Part shown: piece by piece, positions 1 to 14,833 of the stretch
How the letters are laid out: each line of letters starts with the position of its first letter
How positions within the stretch are numbered: the first letter of the stretch is position 1
Assembly: GCA_015680685.1 (NCBI GenBank)
Contig: MNCI01002305.1
Span: 1-64,000, forward strand
Length of the DNA: 64,000 bases
Reading direction: 5' to 3'
Origin: Gnetum montanum
Lineage: Eukaryota > Plantae > Gnetophyta
Made by a program: the position numbers and the translations under genes
The notes under the pieces: generated by a model
The model's input: only the letters and a program-made list of their open reading frames with translations
Databases searched by the model: none
What the model was told of the DNA's origin: nothing

Positions 1-1439
1 CGTTTTGTATGGTGGAGTGTAGGGGTACCTCGCCACTCATCACTAACCAATTTCATCAAATAACTACATAATAGTACCTACCTCTATAAACTATCCCTAC
101 TTAGCAAGTTCCTCAATAATAACAACAAGCATAATAACTTCTATTTCTTTGCTCAATGAAAGAAGAGATTCTGAATTAACTACAATCATGGCAAGCTAAG
201 TTCTATGATATTTTCTACTACATTAATCCTACTTATATGTATTTTACTTAGAAATATTTTCAAATACCTATTGATTGATTGCAAGTAGGGCTTTGAAGTT
301 TCATGGTCATAAATTCTATTGTAAGCATAGACATGAATATCATGGTGGTAGGTTCATTCCATCCTATTCATCTGATGGAGAGGATAACACTTTAAGAAAA
401 ATGAGGATTAGTATTGAAGATGTCCTTATACCATTCCTTGAGTGGTACAAAGATGAATAATCTATCTCAAGGATAAACTCTTCAAAAATATCTAAGAAAG
501 CTAAAAAAGATGGTATTTGATGGTAGAAGTGTTACCACTATTTCCATGTCCAAGGTAGCTATAGATGTAGACAAGGAAGGACATTTTTCTAAAAATCACT
601 TAGATCCAAGAGAACCCATGGTTGAATTTTAAATTAATGAGAAGGATCAATGCTAGCTCTTTGTTACTCTAAATCAAGAGTTAATATCATCTCAATGTAG
701 CAATGCTTAGATTGAGGGCCTTCTCCTCTTAAAAGTGTCAATATTCACATGGAGCTAGCTAACTAATCTTACATATATCCCATGTGGTAGGTGAAAAATG
801 TGATGAGAACCTTGGAGATGATTTTCTTCTTATTATGAAAAGAGCTTAATTAAGCACCATTGATGCTAGGCTATTCCTTCAAGGCCTTTGCCTTCACCTT
901 GAAATTAGTAGAAGAAATGAGATTGGAAGAAATCCTTATAGGATAATATCTTATAATACATCCAAATCATGTAGTAAGCATAATTGAAATTTCTATATCA
1001 TTGAATGTCTATTTCTTGTTAGAGACATCATTTTTATTAAGTAACATCTAGTTCAAAAAGCCACCAATTAGATCTTGAAATGTATAATTAATTCTCATAT
1101 ATATCTGATGTTAAATCATCCTATTTGAAGGAAGGAAACATAATGAATATTGTGGAAATGATGCAATATGATCCTAAATTTCTGGACACTCATGATTTAT
1201 TTAAAATATTCCTATACAACTATAGAGCTTAAGCCACTTTTGGATGGCTATGAATACATGCTTCTCACTAATGGTTATTTTATCATTATTAATTTCATAA
1301 TGATGACCATTTAGAAGATAAAGTTAAAAAAAAAAGATAGTTGCTAACTAGAACAAAGTATTTGTCTAGTTTTATGATGAACTCATAGAAATCAACTTTT
1401 TCATATGTCAGCATCACATATACAGGGATCTAGTCATCA

Positions 1440-3400
1440 TGCCTTGGTATATACTTCAATGAAGACTAAATCCTAATTTGTGTGATGTGGTAAAGAATAA
1501 GATCATCCATCTCTTATGAGTTTATTTCATTACATCCATTTAGGATAGTAAGTGAATTAGTCCAAATATAGTCTCAAAAAAGAAAGAAAATGAATGAAAA
1601 GTCTAACTTAACTACAAGTTGCTAAATGCTACTATATTCAAGGACTTTTTTCCATTATAATTTATGGACCAAGTTCTATAAAACATATCTAACTAGAAGT
1701 ACTAGAGTTTTCTTTATAAGTACCAAATCAACATAGTGCCAAAGGAGCAAGCCAACACTAGTTTTAGTCATCTGTAAAAAAAACCTTTTCTTTCAAGCAG
1801 ATGCCTCAAATATTGCATTAGGTACAGTCCTAATCTAATTTTATTAGAAGTAAAGATCATAGTACATTTACTATACTAGCTCATGCATTGTAGGTCCATA
1901 ACTAGATTATACTACCACACAAAAGAGCTCATGAACATCATTATTATACTTCAAAAAGTCAAGCATTATGTTCTTGGATGTAAGGATTTTGTACATACTA
2001 ATCATAGGAACATATATTTTCTCATGAACAAATTTGATGTCAACCTCTATGTGAATTGATGATTAGTTATTTTATAGGATTTTGATCAACATATGATCAA
2101 GTGCAAGGGATATAAGAGCATGATCGAAGATTATCTTTCAATAATACATACTAGTAATGAATAGGAAGATGTACTTCTAAACTACTTTCTTGATGATTAT
2201 GTTTGTGGGGCTATCTCTGACACTAGGAATGGGTGTAACTAACCATGATATGTGGATATCCTTAATTAACTAATGGCCTAGAAGATACCTTATGGATGGG
2301 ATAAAAGAAAGATCCAGTAATTCCAATACTAGGTAAAGCCTTGGTTACTATAGAGCATTTCTACATGAGGTGCCCTAATTATCTCATGAGGTGGCATTTT
2401 CCTAGAGAGAGCCAAGACATCATATTAGCTCATGTACACCTTGGTATGTGTGGTGGGCACTATGCTAGAAAGAGAACTACAACAAAGGTACTAGTTATGG
2501 GCTATAATTGGCCTACCATATTTTTGTAATGCTCAATAGTTTATGTGCTACTACAGTAATTGTAAGGAAAAGGGAGGTATGTCCTCACGTATGGAGGATC
2601 TGCAATATTGAATCTAACCACTTAAGCTCTTCAACATGTATCGGATTAACTTCATTGGTTCCATTATTCCAATATTCAATGGAAAATATTCCTTCATAAT
2701 AATATATTACATAGGTTTGGCATCCCTAGAATATTGATCTCTAATAATGGTATACATTTTATAGATAATGTTTTCAAGAATTTTTTAAAAATGTTATGGA
2801 GTTAATCATAAATTAAAATTTCATTATCTCCTATATGTCAACAATGAAGAAAAGATTAATAATCATTAAATAATTAAAATACATAGAAAAATTATTAGCA
2901 CATAAAGAAAATACTAGACCAACTAGCTGAATGATGCTGTTGGACCTATTTAATAGCATGGAAAACTCCTACTAACTACATACTATTTAAGTTGGTATTG
3001 GAATAGGTTCCATGATTACCTATTAATCTTAAAACTAAAATATTGGGTAGTGTGGTGATTTGAATATGATTTTTTATTCTACACAAAACTAAAAATTGAT
3101 TACCCTCAACCTTCTTGATTTGAATCGTGAAATCATCTTGATGCATAATGAATTAGAACATTTGTACACCAAGGCTTGTAATGATGTTCATGCAAGAGAA
3201 TTTGATTTGAAACCTAATGAAAAGGTCCTAAATATTAATCCATCACACTTGACCTATTTGGAGAAGTTTCAATTTTAATGGAAAGGATCTTATATTAGCC
3301 ATACGAGTTGTCAATCTAGGACCATGCATATATATCATCTAGATGAGCTTAATAAAATTCATCTAGGAAATGGGAAACACCTAAAATACTATAAAGAATA
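1440..3400 (+). pseudogene. Degenerate Athila-like gypsy pol remnant (partial RT with internal deletion, RNase H, integrase)
   Basis: Broken translations give RLNPNLCDVVK (RT start, ~1465), DASNIALG (RH, ~1800), HVHLGMCGGHYARKRTTTKVLVMGYNWPTIF (INT zinc-binding region, ORF 2341-2529) and the INT C-terminus ending ..NGKHLKYY (~3370-3392). Many stops and frameshifts. Confidence 0.8.
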
Positions 3401-6249
3401 TNCTTTTGTTATTTTTCTTATAATTTTTAATAAAGTTGGTATGTTTAGTTAGGAAATTATATATTTTTTAAGATTAATGATTATTTATTTATGAACTATA
3501 TTCTTTTTATATTTTTTATTATTATGTATAGGAAAAATAATTAATGTGCTTTATGAATGCTTACCTAATAAGCCAATGGTGGATGGATGAGCTAGAGATA
3601 TGATGATGATATGAGAGTGCTAGAAAGGTTTAAAGTAAATCCTTGAATAATGGAATACCTAATTTATGAAGTTCATCCACCCACATTTCCTATATTAATC
3701 AATAGTAAACCAAAATTAAATTTAGTGGGAGGCTTGATCTCAAACTACAAGTTGTTCAAGCTAATACCAATCAAACGGTGGGTAGATTGTGGGGTCATAC
3801 CTTGGGATGTAAACCATGGAATTCTAGATGATGTATTGATCACTAATAAGAAGAGGATGTATCATCAATGATCCTTGTGAACACTATGATGGATCAAATT
3901 GATGTGAATAGAATAAGTCGATCATATTTACCATCCATGATCATCATAGTTAGCAAAGGTTCATGATTCCCATGAACCTGTGTGTGACATATAGTGAGGG
4001 ATCTATTCATGTTCATTTAAATCAAAGACTCCAAATGGTAATGTCACATTTCAATCATGTCCAAAACTCTTATTCACATCTCATAATGTCCTCTTCTTAT
4101 GAGAAATAATTTCTTCTAAAAAATTAATAAATTAAAAAGGAAGAGGGAATTTGAAGAGTGATATTATTCTAAGCTCACCGATCCTCATAAATTGGTATTA
4201 TTATTATCATGGATCAATTATATATACTTAAGAAAGATAAATATGAAAGGTTGAAAAAATAATCATGTAAAACATGTGTGATATGAATTGAACATGCTTA
4301 TCTCATGTTCAATATATTCCCTAGAATAATTGAGTCCTAAACGTAATTTTTCAAGATAATCTCTAGCCTCATTTCCATCCATGGTAGAAAGACCTGAAAA
4401 TCTTTCTTTTAGTAAACTTTGGTATCACCAAATGCTACTATCACTCAATTCTTAAAATAAATTTATTTCAAGGGGTCAAGATTATAACCCTTGATCCAAG
4501 AAATGATCATCTTTATCGTGGGGATTCCATCAACTTAATCATGGTAATGTAATGATCATAACAATTCAGATTAGTTAGCACAACTAGAGAGGCTAATAAG
4601 AGGTTTTCAATAAATTTAAATTTATGGGACCTACTATGCATATGTGCATGGATGAAGGAAAATCAAATCAAAATTTTTACTTCTAGATAATCTTTAGCAT
4701 GTTGCCTTTGGTTCAATTTCACTAATGGCTATGTATACTAATCAAAGCTAAATGACACTTATATTAGATGTTTTGTTAAGAGGTCTTGAGTTTAATATTC
4801 ACTAATATTTGACTTACTAACTTTTAAGTTAATAATAATAATAATAATAGTTAACAAGTAAATTAATTTTCATTAGTCCAAAGCATTAAATACTTTACAA
4901 ATAGGGATTTTACCAAAAATAGTAATACTTTTTCATAGTAATAATAATACTAAATTAATTATTAATTTTTATAATAATTCAAAAAATAGTTGACCCTTTT
5001 AAATAAATAATAATTATAACCAAAGTTTCGTAAGAAAAATATACATAACCTCATTTATTTTTATTATTTAGTACCATTAATGATGAATGAATAGAGGATT
5101 CAGAACTAGTATCATTTTAGATTATTAAAAGGAAAATCTCATAAGTGTGATCTTACTCTTGAAAAGAAGACTTGGAGGTCTATTCCTATTTTGTGAATAG
5201 GTAGCAATGAAGGGATGTAGCAATGCATCTCTCACTATAGGTAGAAAATGATTAAGTACTTCCATGAGCTAATTGAACTATTGGCTAGTAATCCAATGGT
5301 TTTGGACTTTTTCCTTCTCTCTATTATCCATTAATTTATTCTACATCTCTTTTCTCCATTCTAGCACATTGTTATGTATGATAATATGTCAATTGGAAAA
5401 ATAGAGGATGAGATTTAAACATTCAAGGGGCAAACTAGTGTTTGATGTTGATGTCTCACTGGTTATTGGAAATCCACAAGTGTTCCATTAATAGGTTTTA
5501 TAAGGGCAAGAAAGAGGATGTGCCTACTATGAGAAGGACCTACTTTTGAATCCTTAGTGACTTTTCATTATGAGTGAAATTAAGCTTATCTCTTATGAGA
5601 TGGAAATGGTTTCATGACATAATGCACTTGATTGATCTCCCACATATGTGGTTGTGACTATTGCTTATCATACTACCTCACTTGTGTCTACTTCATTGAT
5701 CTTTAAATTTTCAATATATCTCTCACTTTTATAAATTAATTTTTTTATAGTTCTTATATCATGTGAATGAGTATATCTAACATTATTATTTAAGTGCCCT
5801 AATTTTGGATATCATCCAAGGTATGTTTTATGTATTATAATTTTTACTTNCACATGGATTATGCTTATCATTATTTCAATGCGAAATTATTGTAATGGTA
5901 GTATAATGCCTAGGGGACTAATTTAATTTTAAGAAATTTTAATAGATCATCATGTTTAAGTGATTACAATTGAAATTTCATAGGCTAACCATGTATGAGA
6001 TTGAAAGTATTAAAGCTCAATTTGTGAGCCCACAAGAGAACCAATAGTATCAAATGCAAAGGAGGAAAAATAAATATTCTTGAATTCAATACCTATACTA
6101 GAGAGGCCTTCCTAAAGATAGAGATATAGAGGTAGAAATACATGCTATTGATCTTCAAGGAAAGCATGTTCATAGCAAGGGTTCCCCAAACATGTGTTGG
6201 AACAGGTAGTGTAAGATAATCTAGATGCAGATAATGTGGAAGAGGGAAT

Positions 6250-9200
6250 GAGTGCTAACAATGTATTAGAAAGATCGATCCATGAGGAAAAGAACTACCA
6301 CTAATTCCTTGATCTTGGTTGATCCAAACTAAAGGAAACACTTGAAATTATTACTCTTTTATAAAGAAGTTCATCTAGAAATTAATTAGATAATGGACTC
6401 TGCTTCTCTTTGTTTTTCCATCTTAACCAAGAGAGATTATCAATGATCACATTCTTAGTCCCTATTCAATCTACCACTGTAATATTGAATTCTTGTAAGA
6501 TCACAAGTCATAGTATGATACGGGGGCTCACTATTGGCTTATTCATTAGGAAGTATATGGCACTATGATCTATGTGCACAAACACTTTATACCCAAGCAC
6601 ATAGTTCTTGAAATTTTTGAAAGCTTACACCACTATCATTAGTTCTTTCTTAGTTTTGGTGTAATTCAACTATGCATCCATAATACTTTAGCTTTCATAG
6701 TGAATGTAATATGGATGTTTTTTATTGTCCAACTATGTAATCATGAATCCCAAGGCATAATTAGATGCATCTATCATTATATTAAATGGTCTAGAGAAAT
6801 TTGGTGCCTGTAGAATTGGAGTTTCTACAAGTTTTTCCTTTAGCTATTGGAATGCATGTTCACACTCATTGGTCTAGATGAATGGAGCATCTTTCTTTGT
6901 AGGCTTGACCAATGGTTTTTTGATCTTAGAGAAATTCACTATAAACCCCCAATAATAGATAGTGTTTCCAAGGAATGGTCAGACGTCTTTGATTATCTCT
7001 AGTTGCTATGATTCCTTAGATGACCCTTATCTTTTCAAGGTCTACCTCAGTCCCTACCTACGTAATTTTGTGTCCCAGTACTATGCCCCCCTAGACTAGT
7101 AAATTAATTTTTTGGCAATTGAGCCTAAGGTTTGTTTTAACACATCTTTTTAGTACTTACACAAAGAAAATCTAAGGCTTGCTCAACTGTAGCCCCATAG
7201 GTAGAAAAGTCATTCATAAAGACTCTACCTTGCTACTAATTTGCTATTGAAAAATAGTAAAGACTAGGCATTGAAATGTTGCAGGGGCATTACACAAACC
7301 AAATGACATCTTGCAATATGTAAAAGTCCCTCAACGACTTGTGAATATTGTTTTGGCCTAATTTTTTGATGTAATATGGATTTGGTTATAGCCGCTATAA
7401 CCATCCAAGAAGCTATAATAGAAATTCCCAGATATGGTGTCCAGAACTTGGTCCACAAATGGCAATGAAAAATGATCTTTAAATGTTGTCATATTCAATA
7501 GCCTAAAGTTTATGAAAACCCATCACTTGCCACCTATCTTTTGCACAATTACGAGTAGGCTAACCACTCACTATCTATGATGGGATAGATGAACCCAACC
7601 TTGAGGAGTTGTTATATTTCTTCTTTGATGATCTATTTTAATCTAGGGTTTAGCCACCTCTACAGTTTCCTTCTTGGCTTCATGACCCGATCAATGTAGA
7701 TACAATGTTGGCATATCCTTGGATCAATTCTAGTTAGTTTAGAATATGACCAAGAAAATACTATTTGACATTTGTTGACCACATTCAACAACTTTTGTTT
7801 TTGTCGGGGAACAAGATTTGCATTGATTATAACTAGCTTGCCATTTCTTAAAAATGCATACTCCATGTTGGCTTGTAAAGTTTTTAACTCTAGAGGATTT
7901 GGCTTGAAATGATTAGGGATTGCCAAATATTTCCAATGGGCATCATTAACTTTGTCATTATAGAGTTGGTGATGAAGTTGATCAATTTCATCCATGTCCT
8001 CGACATAAGCACATGTTAGGTTCTCAGTAGGTTTGATGCATAGTGTGTTGCTATGAGAGTTAGGTATCAGCCACTAGGTACCCTTCTATTTTGTTGTTGC
8101 TGCATATAGGCACCTTTGGATATCAGTTTCATGTGCACACTGATTTCATACTTTTATGAATGTACTTTTAATTGTCTAGATTTTATGCACATAATTGCAC
8201 CCATTATCACTATTGTAATGAATGGAACTTACTTCTTCTCAAGTTGTCAAAATTTGTTCTCCATAGAGATTTCCAAGGAGAAGTCCCTAATTTCCATTCT
8301 TGCATCAACAATGCTTAACCATGCAGATCCCAATGATGGGGAAGTTTCCTTTGCATTTTTCTAACTTGATCACTAAAAATTTGGCAGGATAGGACCACCC
8401 ACAAACTATAGTCAATATGTTCTCCACAATCCCAAAGGGACAATGATTGGCTAGTATACCAATTCCATATAAATATTGCTCTTCTTAAAAGGTGGTAGGT
8501 TCTATTCCTTGTACATGTCATGGGAGATGAGACTAAAACTAGAACTAGAGTCAAGAAGAGCCTTCCAAGGCTCGTTTCCAATGATCTATAAGTAAATAAA
8601 AGGACTTCCTAGGTTAGATCTCTTCATGGGAAGGTTGTCAATTTTGAACTAATCAAAGACTACATGACTTAACATCATAGTGTAAATCTAAGGTAGAATT
8701 TGATTTGAAGGAACCTCAAATGTGTTTGGTGTAGAGGATGAGGATGTTGGAGATACAAGGTGGCTAGCCACATTAAGTTATGAGGGATTTGGAGGACTGT
8801 TGAATAAAAAAAATGGTCATTTCTTGGATCTATTATTCAAACCACTCGACTAGAATACTAGTTGTAAATTTACAAACCCTCACAGCATTTCATTGCTATG
8901 GCTATGGAGAAATTTTGCCCTACATAGATGAAGTAGGAGGTAATTGGGTTGAGGATGGAGGAATATGTGTAGACAAATGCAAATGGTGGTGTGGATATGA
9001 GGGCTCCCCTTGAGTAGATGGTAAATGAGTTTGATGTTACTTTGGAGGATAATAGGGATGTTGAAATAAGGAGTGGCTAGGAGAACCATGTCAAGAAATA
9101 GTTTTTTGAACATAGTACCTATATGAATTTGGTTTCCTGTAAGGGTAGTTTTGTCTCAATGGTGGTATTCCCCATGACTGTGGTTGTTTCCACTACTAGT

Positions 9201-11237
9201 ATTACTCATATGATGGTGGTGAAGCTCCACTTGGATAGTAAGCTTGTTGTTGATGGTGGAGCTACCTTGGATTACATTGAGGATAATGTAATCATCTAGG
9301 TGCTTGCCTCCTTTCTAGTTGAGGATTCAATGTATATACCAAAGACTCTTGTAAGTGTGACACCATAGGGAAACATCCCTTATGATGGTCATATTGACAA
9401 ATGTCACATCCAACATCATCATCTAAGTCTATATCCACAACTTCTTCTACTACAACAACTTTACCCTTACCTCTTTAGTAGGCATGTTTAGCTTCTCTCT
9501 ACCTCCTATGATCACAATCACTATTTTTCTCTCTAGATTCTTAAGAAATATTCATATAAATTTGGAATTTTTCATTTAAAGAGTCCCATAATTTATAAAC
9601 CTTTTCTAAAATATTAAAAACAAATTTTTGGATGTGCAAGGTTTTCTTGTTCATCACCTCATCAAGTGGTGACTCCTCCTTCTCACAGAATTATACCTTC
9701 CTTTTCTTGATGGACGGGTCCCTATGATATTCTTTTTCATGTTGCCTCTTTCACAACTCATCTTATTTTTTTGCTACCTACTCTATCAACCTTTCAATTT
9801 GATGAGCTCTTAGTTTAAATTGTCTCCCTTGGGGATAAACCCCAAGAGCTTTTCTAGTTTCTACTCTAAGCCTTTCTATGCTATAGCAAAGTTGTTTCCT
9901 CTAATAATAATCATGGCCAAGGCATCGATGTAAGAGAGAATAATATTTACCCATGGTGGCATCCAATGTTTCATGTGTTCTCTATTTCCAGCCCTAGATT
10001 TGACTTCTTAGATTAGACACTCTAGAATATGTATGGTATTTGTCATTAAATAGTTCAAGCATGGTACTCCATTTGCGAATGGATTCTAGTTGCAAGGACT
10101 AATACTAGCTTTCTACCTTCTTGATGAGTACCCTAGCAAATAGATTTAATTTTTTCTAGTCATTTTCTATGTTTTTTAAGGCACAAGCATCATGAAAGGC
10201 TTGCAGATCATAGTTATATCCTCCCTCAAATCTTGGGATATTGTTCACGTCTAAGTGCTTGATCCGACTAGCTTTCACATGCCTGGTTGAAATTTTTACA
10301 AACTTTGTAATATTTAACATACTTTGAGTTCCCAATAAAGGCTCATCATAATCATTATTTAATTATCTTCAATGATGTCCTCTATTACCCATTCGTTCAT
10401 TATGGGCCTAGCAATTAGTATTATTATCCTGTTATTCATCTTCATCACAACGTTTTTTAGAACCAGAAGAGGAAGAAGAATATGGAGACAAAGATGGCAA
10501 AGAGGGAGGAGGAATACCACCACCATGGTATCTACAAACTCCCCTTTAGTTTTTGTATCCACATTCATCATTTTTTTATCATCTTGATGCTTGTTCAAGC
10601 CCTTACATTGACTGCCATTTATACCTAAACCTAGATTGTTGATAGTGGACCATAGATTTAGGGCCACAACCCCATCACCAATAATGAGGTATGGAAAATT
10701 TTCATGTTGAGAGCCCCTAAAATGAGAGTCCTCATTTTCACCTTGGTTAAGCAGGAACAAGCAATTAGTAAATCATTTTTCCTTCACAAACTCATGGTGC
10801 TTCTCCTAGTGTTGATCTCTTTGGTGTTATGTTTTAGTAGGATGGTAGTCACGGTAGTCATAATCATGCATAATGTACTCCTCTTGAAGATCTTGGATGC
10901 CTAAATTCTTGAGAGTTTGAAGTAGCATCATGGGCATAGATTGATTAGGAGGCATTACAATTTTGCCTTTCATATCACACCATTGCAATTCTTCATCCTG
11001 ATGTAAGATGAAGGTGAAATTAGGGACATACTCATATGGATGAGTATATACTACCTTGCATTCTTGAGGGACTAGTAGTATAGCATCATCACAACTATGA
11101 GAAGAAGAAATTTTGTAAAATAAATAAAATATCAGTGTGATTATGTAACTATATTACATGTGAGAATGATGTTGACCTTAGGGTTCATCCAATAAAGTTT
11201 ACTAATCCTAGATAGGACATGTTTTAAACAAAAAGAG
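6250..11237 (-). mobile_element. Degenerate Athila-like element internal region (gag-PR-RT-RH; integrase missing)
   Basis: Minus-strand remnants: knuckle CDICQYDHHKGC (~9370-9410), protease-like VDA (~8300), ELKTLQANMEYAFL..DPRICQHCIYID (ORF 7660-7995), VFMND at the YxDD position (~7215) and RH DASNYALG (~6750-6772). Confidence 0.75.
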
Positions 11238-11255
11238 TCCTTGGCAATAGCACCA
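11238..11255 (-). promoter_or_regulatory. Primer-binding site, tRNA-Asp type (Athila-like), degenerate
   Basis: Minus strand reads TGGTGCTATTGCCAAGGA versus the canonical Athila TGGCGCCGTTGCCGGGGA; all differences are transitions. Lies 1 nt from a CA LTR end at 11257. Confidence 0.75.
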
Positions 11256-11256
11256 A

Positions 11257-12500
11257 TGATGAGCTTTGAAAAGTACCCTTACATTCAACCATATGAATCA
11301 CAAAGCATTCACATGTGAGCCTAGCAAATTCCATGGACTCTATAGTTTTCTAGTGCACTAGTTCTCTAGAAAGTAAACTGGATGTTAAGAATGTTTATTG
11401 TCTTCCCAACTACACTTCTGAAGCTCAAGGGTATGATTTAAGTGTAATTGAGGCACATAATTTTCATTATTTTATATTTTATGATTTTGATGCTTGAAAT
11501 AAACAAGATAGAGAATAAATTAATTTAATGTCTACTTTAATCTAATTAATTAACTATTGTTTGAGTAGTCTTGACATAATTATCTGGTCCCACTTGCTGT
11601 ACACATCCTAAACACCTATAATGTTGCTGGGTTACCAAGTGTTAAATGCTATTGGGATTATCAAACATCATTCACATGCTCAAAGTGGTCATACTTATGT
11701 CCTTACTTATTTACTATTTAGCTTATCTCACTTAATTACTTAATTATTTTAATTATTGAGGAACATTGAATAAATAACTAAAATGATTTAAGCTCTCCAA
11801 AATGCTGGAAGGTTTATCAAGAAGTTTGTCTTTATTTCCACACACACTATCATGCTCAAGTCCAACAGGGCTTCAATAAAGATCTATACACTCAACAACT
11901 TCTACTATGTGCACTCAAGAAAATATTCTAACTTTCAAATGAAAAAGGTGCAAGAGCTCTGCTACAACTATGACAAGATGTCCCCTAAACATGGTAGATT
12001 GACACATATTTATAGGTAAGAACAAGCCTTGCATTGATGTGGCTACATCAACGCATCAAACAATGCATCAATGGGGCCTAGTTGATGCAACCTAGTTGAT
12101 GAGGCATCATCGACATAGCCAATCCATGAATCATCACCAACCATCAAGGGAAAAGGTCCATTTTCCATGAAGGCTCATGATTAGGAATTTTTAATCCAAA
12201 TGTAGCTAGAACCCATAAGGCTAATCTCTTCTATAGCTTTCAACATCTTCACTTATTAGGACTATATCTAGTGATGATAATTTCCTCCTTTTAGATTGAG
12301 GTAATTATCACATGATTAATAAATTTTTTGCATTTTATAAGAGCATGTTCATGATACTAGGATTAAATGAATCAACAACATTTATATCCTAATATTCAGA
12401 GGGTATACTAGCGATGGTCCCCAACTTCACATGCAAGCATTTGATAATGCTTGCTATCTACAAGGTATCATTAGTGATTACTATAAGTTATAGTTAGTTT
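11257..12500 (-). repeat. 5' LTR of the minus-strand Athila-like element (far boundary approximate)
   Basis: CA end next to the PBS. Minus-strand TATA (plus TTTATAGG ~12009). Homologous to 18050-18750 (e.g. TCAAAGTGGTCRTACTTATGT) and to 25315-25435. Confidence 0.55.
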
Positions 12501-12899
12501 CTTGTGTCTTTATTGAACAAGAAAAATCCTAGTACAAATCCTTACCACCTAAATCAATTCAAATATGTACATACATGAATAGATTTTCCACATCAAATTC
12601 CAAACCTCTGCCCATATTTTTAACATCCACAAAGAAATGGCTGAATGAAGGCAAGAAGATCATGAAGGCCAATATCTAAAGAAAAGGCTAACCCAAATTC
12701 TAGTGTTGCATAGTTTCAACTAGACTTAACCTTTTCATATAATGATAGATTCTTCTAATTTTACATTGGTTGTAATCCTAATTTAGTCTTTTGAAAAGAA
12801 GAAATCCTACTACATCCACTGTGCTATCCAAAGTATTCTAGGATCTTAACTAAATTAAATCACCACTAAAAAGAAGTTATTAACGATCATTATTCACTA

Positions 12900-14460
12900 A
12901 CAAAATTTAAGAATTATGTTATTAAGTGCAATATCTTCATCCACAGTAATCATAGTGTCATCTAGTTTCTCATGTATAAACTAGATGTTAGTCCTCATGT
13001 AATTCAATAGCTAGTTGTTTTACAAGAATTTGATCTATACATGATTGATTGTAAGGGAGCTGAAAATCTAGTGGTAGATCATATATCATGTCTATGAATT
13101 AGAAACAAGTGAGAAGATGTCATTCTTAATGATCTTTCAAATGACCAAATTTGTAAGATCATTTTTAACTTAAAGAGAAAATGTGAATTCTAATGATATG
13201 TAGACATTCTTAAATACCTAGTCACTCAAAAGATTTATCCTGACTACTATAAATATAAGATCCAATGATTCCAATGCTAGGTAAGGCATTACTTGGTTAT
13301 CAAAGAGCATATCTAAAAGAGATGCCCTAATGACCATGTAAGGTGGTGTACTCTAAAAGAAATAAAATGTGTCATCTTAGCTCATTCATAACATGATATG
13401 TGTCATGGGTAATATGCTAGAAAGGGAGTAGCAACAAAGTTGCTACTTGTAGGCTATTTTTGTCCCATCATCTTTCGTAATGCTCAACATTTTGTGTTGT
13501 CATGTATGAAGGGATCACAATAGTGCATCCAAACACTAGAATCATTTAATGTATGAGGGATTGACTTCATTAGATCCATCTCTCCAATCTCTAATGACAA
13601 GGCATACATCATTGTATATGTAGATTATTGAATGAAGTAGGTTGAAGCTACTATTATTAAGGATTGTTTATCTATCACTACAGTGAACTTCCTTTGAATA
13701 ATATTCTTCATAGGTTTGTTATTCCTCAAATATTAATCTCTAGTAATAACACATACTTTACTAGTAAGGTTTTCAAGAATTTATTAGAATCTTATAGATT
13801 TAATCATAAATTAACTCTTTCTTATCATTCTTAAGCCAATGATAAAGTAGAAGTTACTAACTATGATATTCTTAAAATACTTAAGAAGATGGTTAGTAGG
13901 TATAGAGGAAATTATACTAATTAGGTTATGGCACTCTTTAGGACTATTGAATAAGATTGAAAAATCATATTGGTTACACACCATTTAAGTTAGTTTATGG
14001 ACAAGTTTCATGAATACCTATTAATCTTAAAATAAAGACATAGAGTAATGTTGTAGATTTTGATATGACATTAGATTCTAGTTAGAAAGAGAGGTTAATT
14101 AATCTCAACCTTCTTAATGAAAATTTTCAAAATCATCTTAATGCATAATAAGTTAGAACATTCATAAACCAACTCTCACCATGATGTTCATGCAAGAGAG
14201 TTTGATTTCAAAACTAGAGATGAGGTTCTATATTTAATTTGTTATACTTGGAATATTTGGATAAATTTCAATTTCAATAAGAAGGACATACATTATCCAC
14301 ACCAATCACCAATGTACTGCAACACATATCTACCATCTAGATGAGCCAGATAAAATTTTCTTGATTAATGGGAAATACTTGAAGCACTATAAAAAATATA
14401 TGTTTGCAATGAGAGTGCGTGATGACCAATCATGTATTTTGAACTTAAGGTATACCAGGT
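12900..14460 (+). pseudogene. Degenerate RNase H-integrase remnant of a second copy of the family at 1-6 kb
   Basis: LQEFDLYMIDCKGAENLVVDH (RH end), GIDFI/YIIVYVDY (INT core) and NGKYLKHY end. Colinear with 2000-3400. Downstream sequence is also shared (14670-14830 ~ 3545-3700; 15590-16030 ~ 5235-5660). Confidence 0.8.
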
Positions 14461-14833
14461 GATAGACATGGATTACTTGTAAGTGAAAATTCTCCATGTC
14501 ATGTCAAATTTTCTTTGCTTTTTGTTATTTTTCTTGTGTGCTTGAATAAATTTGATGAGCTTCATTAGTACTTTTTATTTCTTTGAGCTTAATGATGAAT
14601 CATTCATGATCTTTTCTTTTCCTTAATTGTGTTTGAGTGTGTTTGTGGATATGTTTGAAAATCAATTTTTGTGCTTTATGAAATCTCACCCAATAAGCCA
14701 ATGATGGATGAAATGATGATGCAAGAGTACCAAATGGATCCAAAGTAAATCCTTGATTGATGACATGTACCTACAATAGAATTCATCCATCCATATTTTC
14801 TTCTATCCATTGCTAATACATAAGGCTTAGATT

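Noticed and set aside
10359-10904. Short hydrophobic ORFs resembling membrane proteins
   Set aside because: Low-complexity by-products of the decayed minus-strand gag N-terminus.
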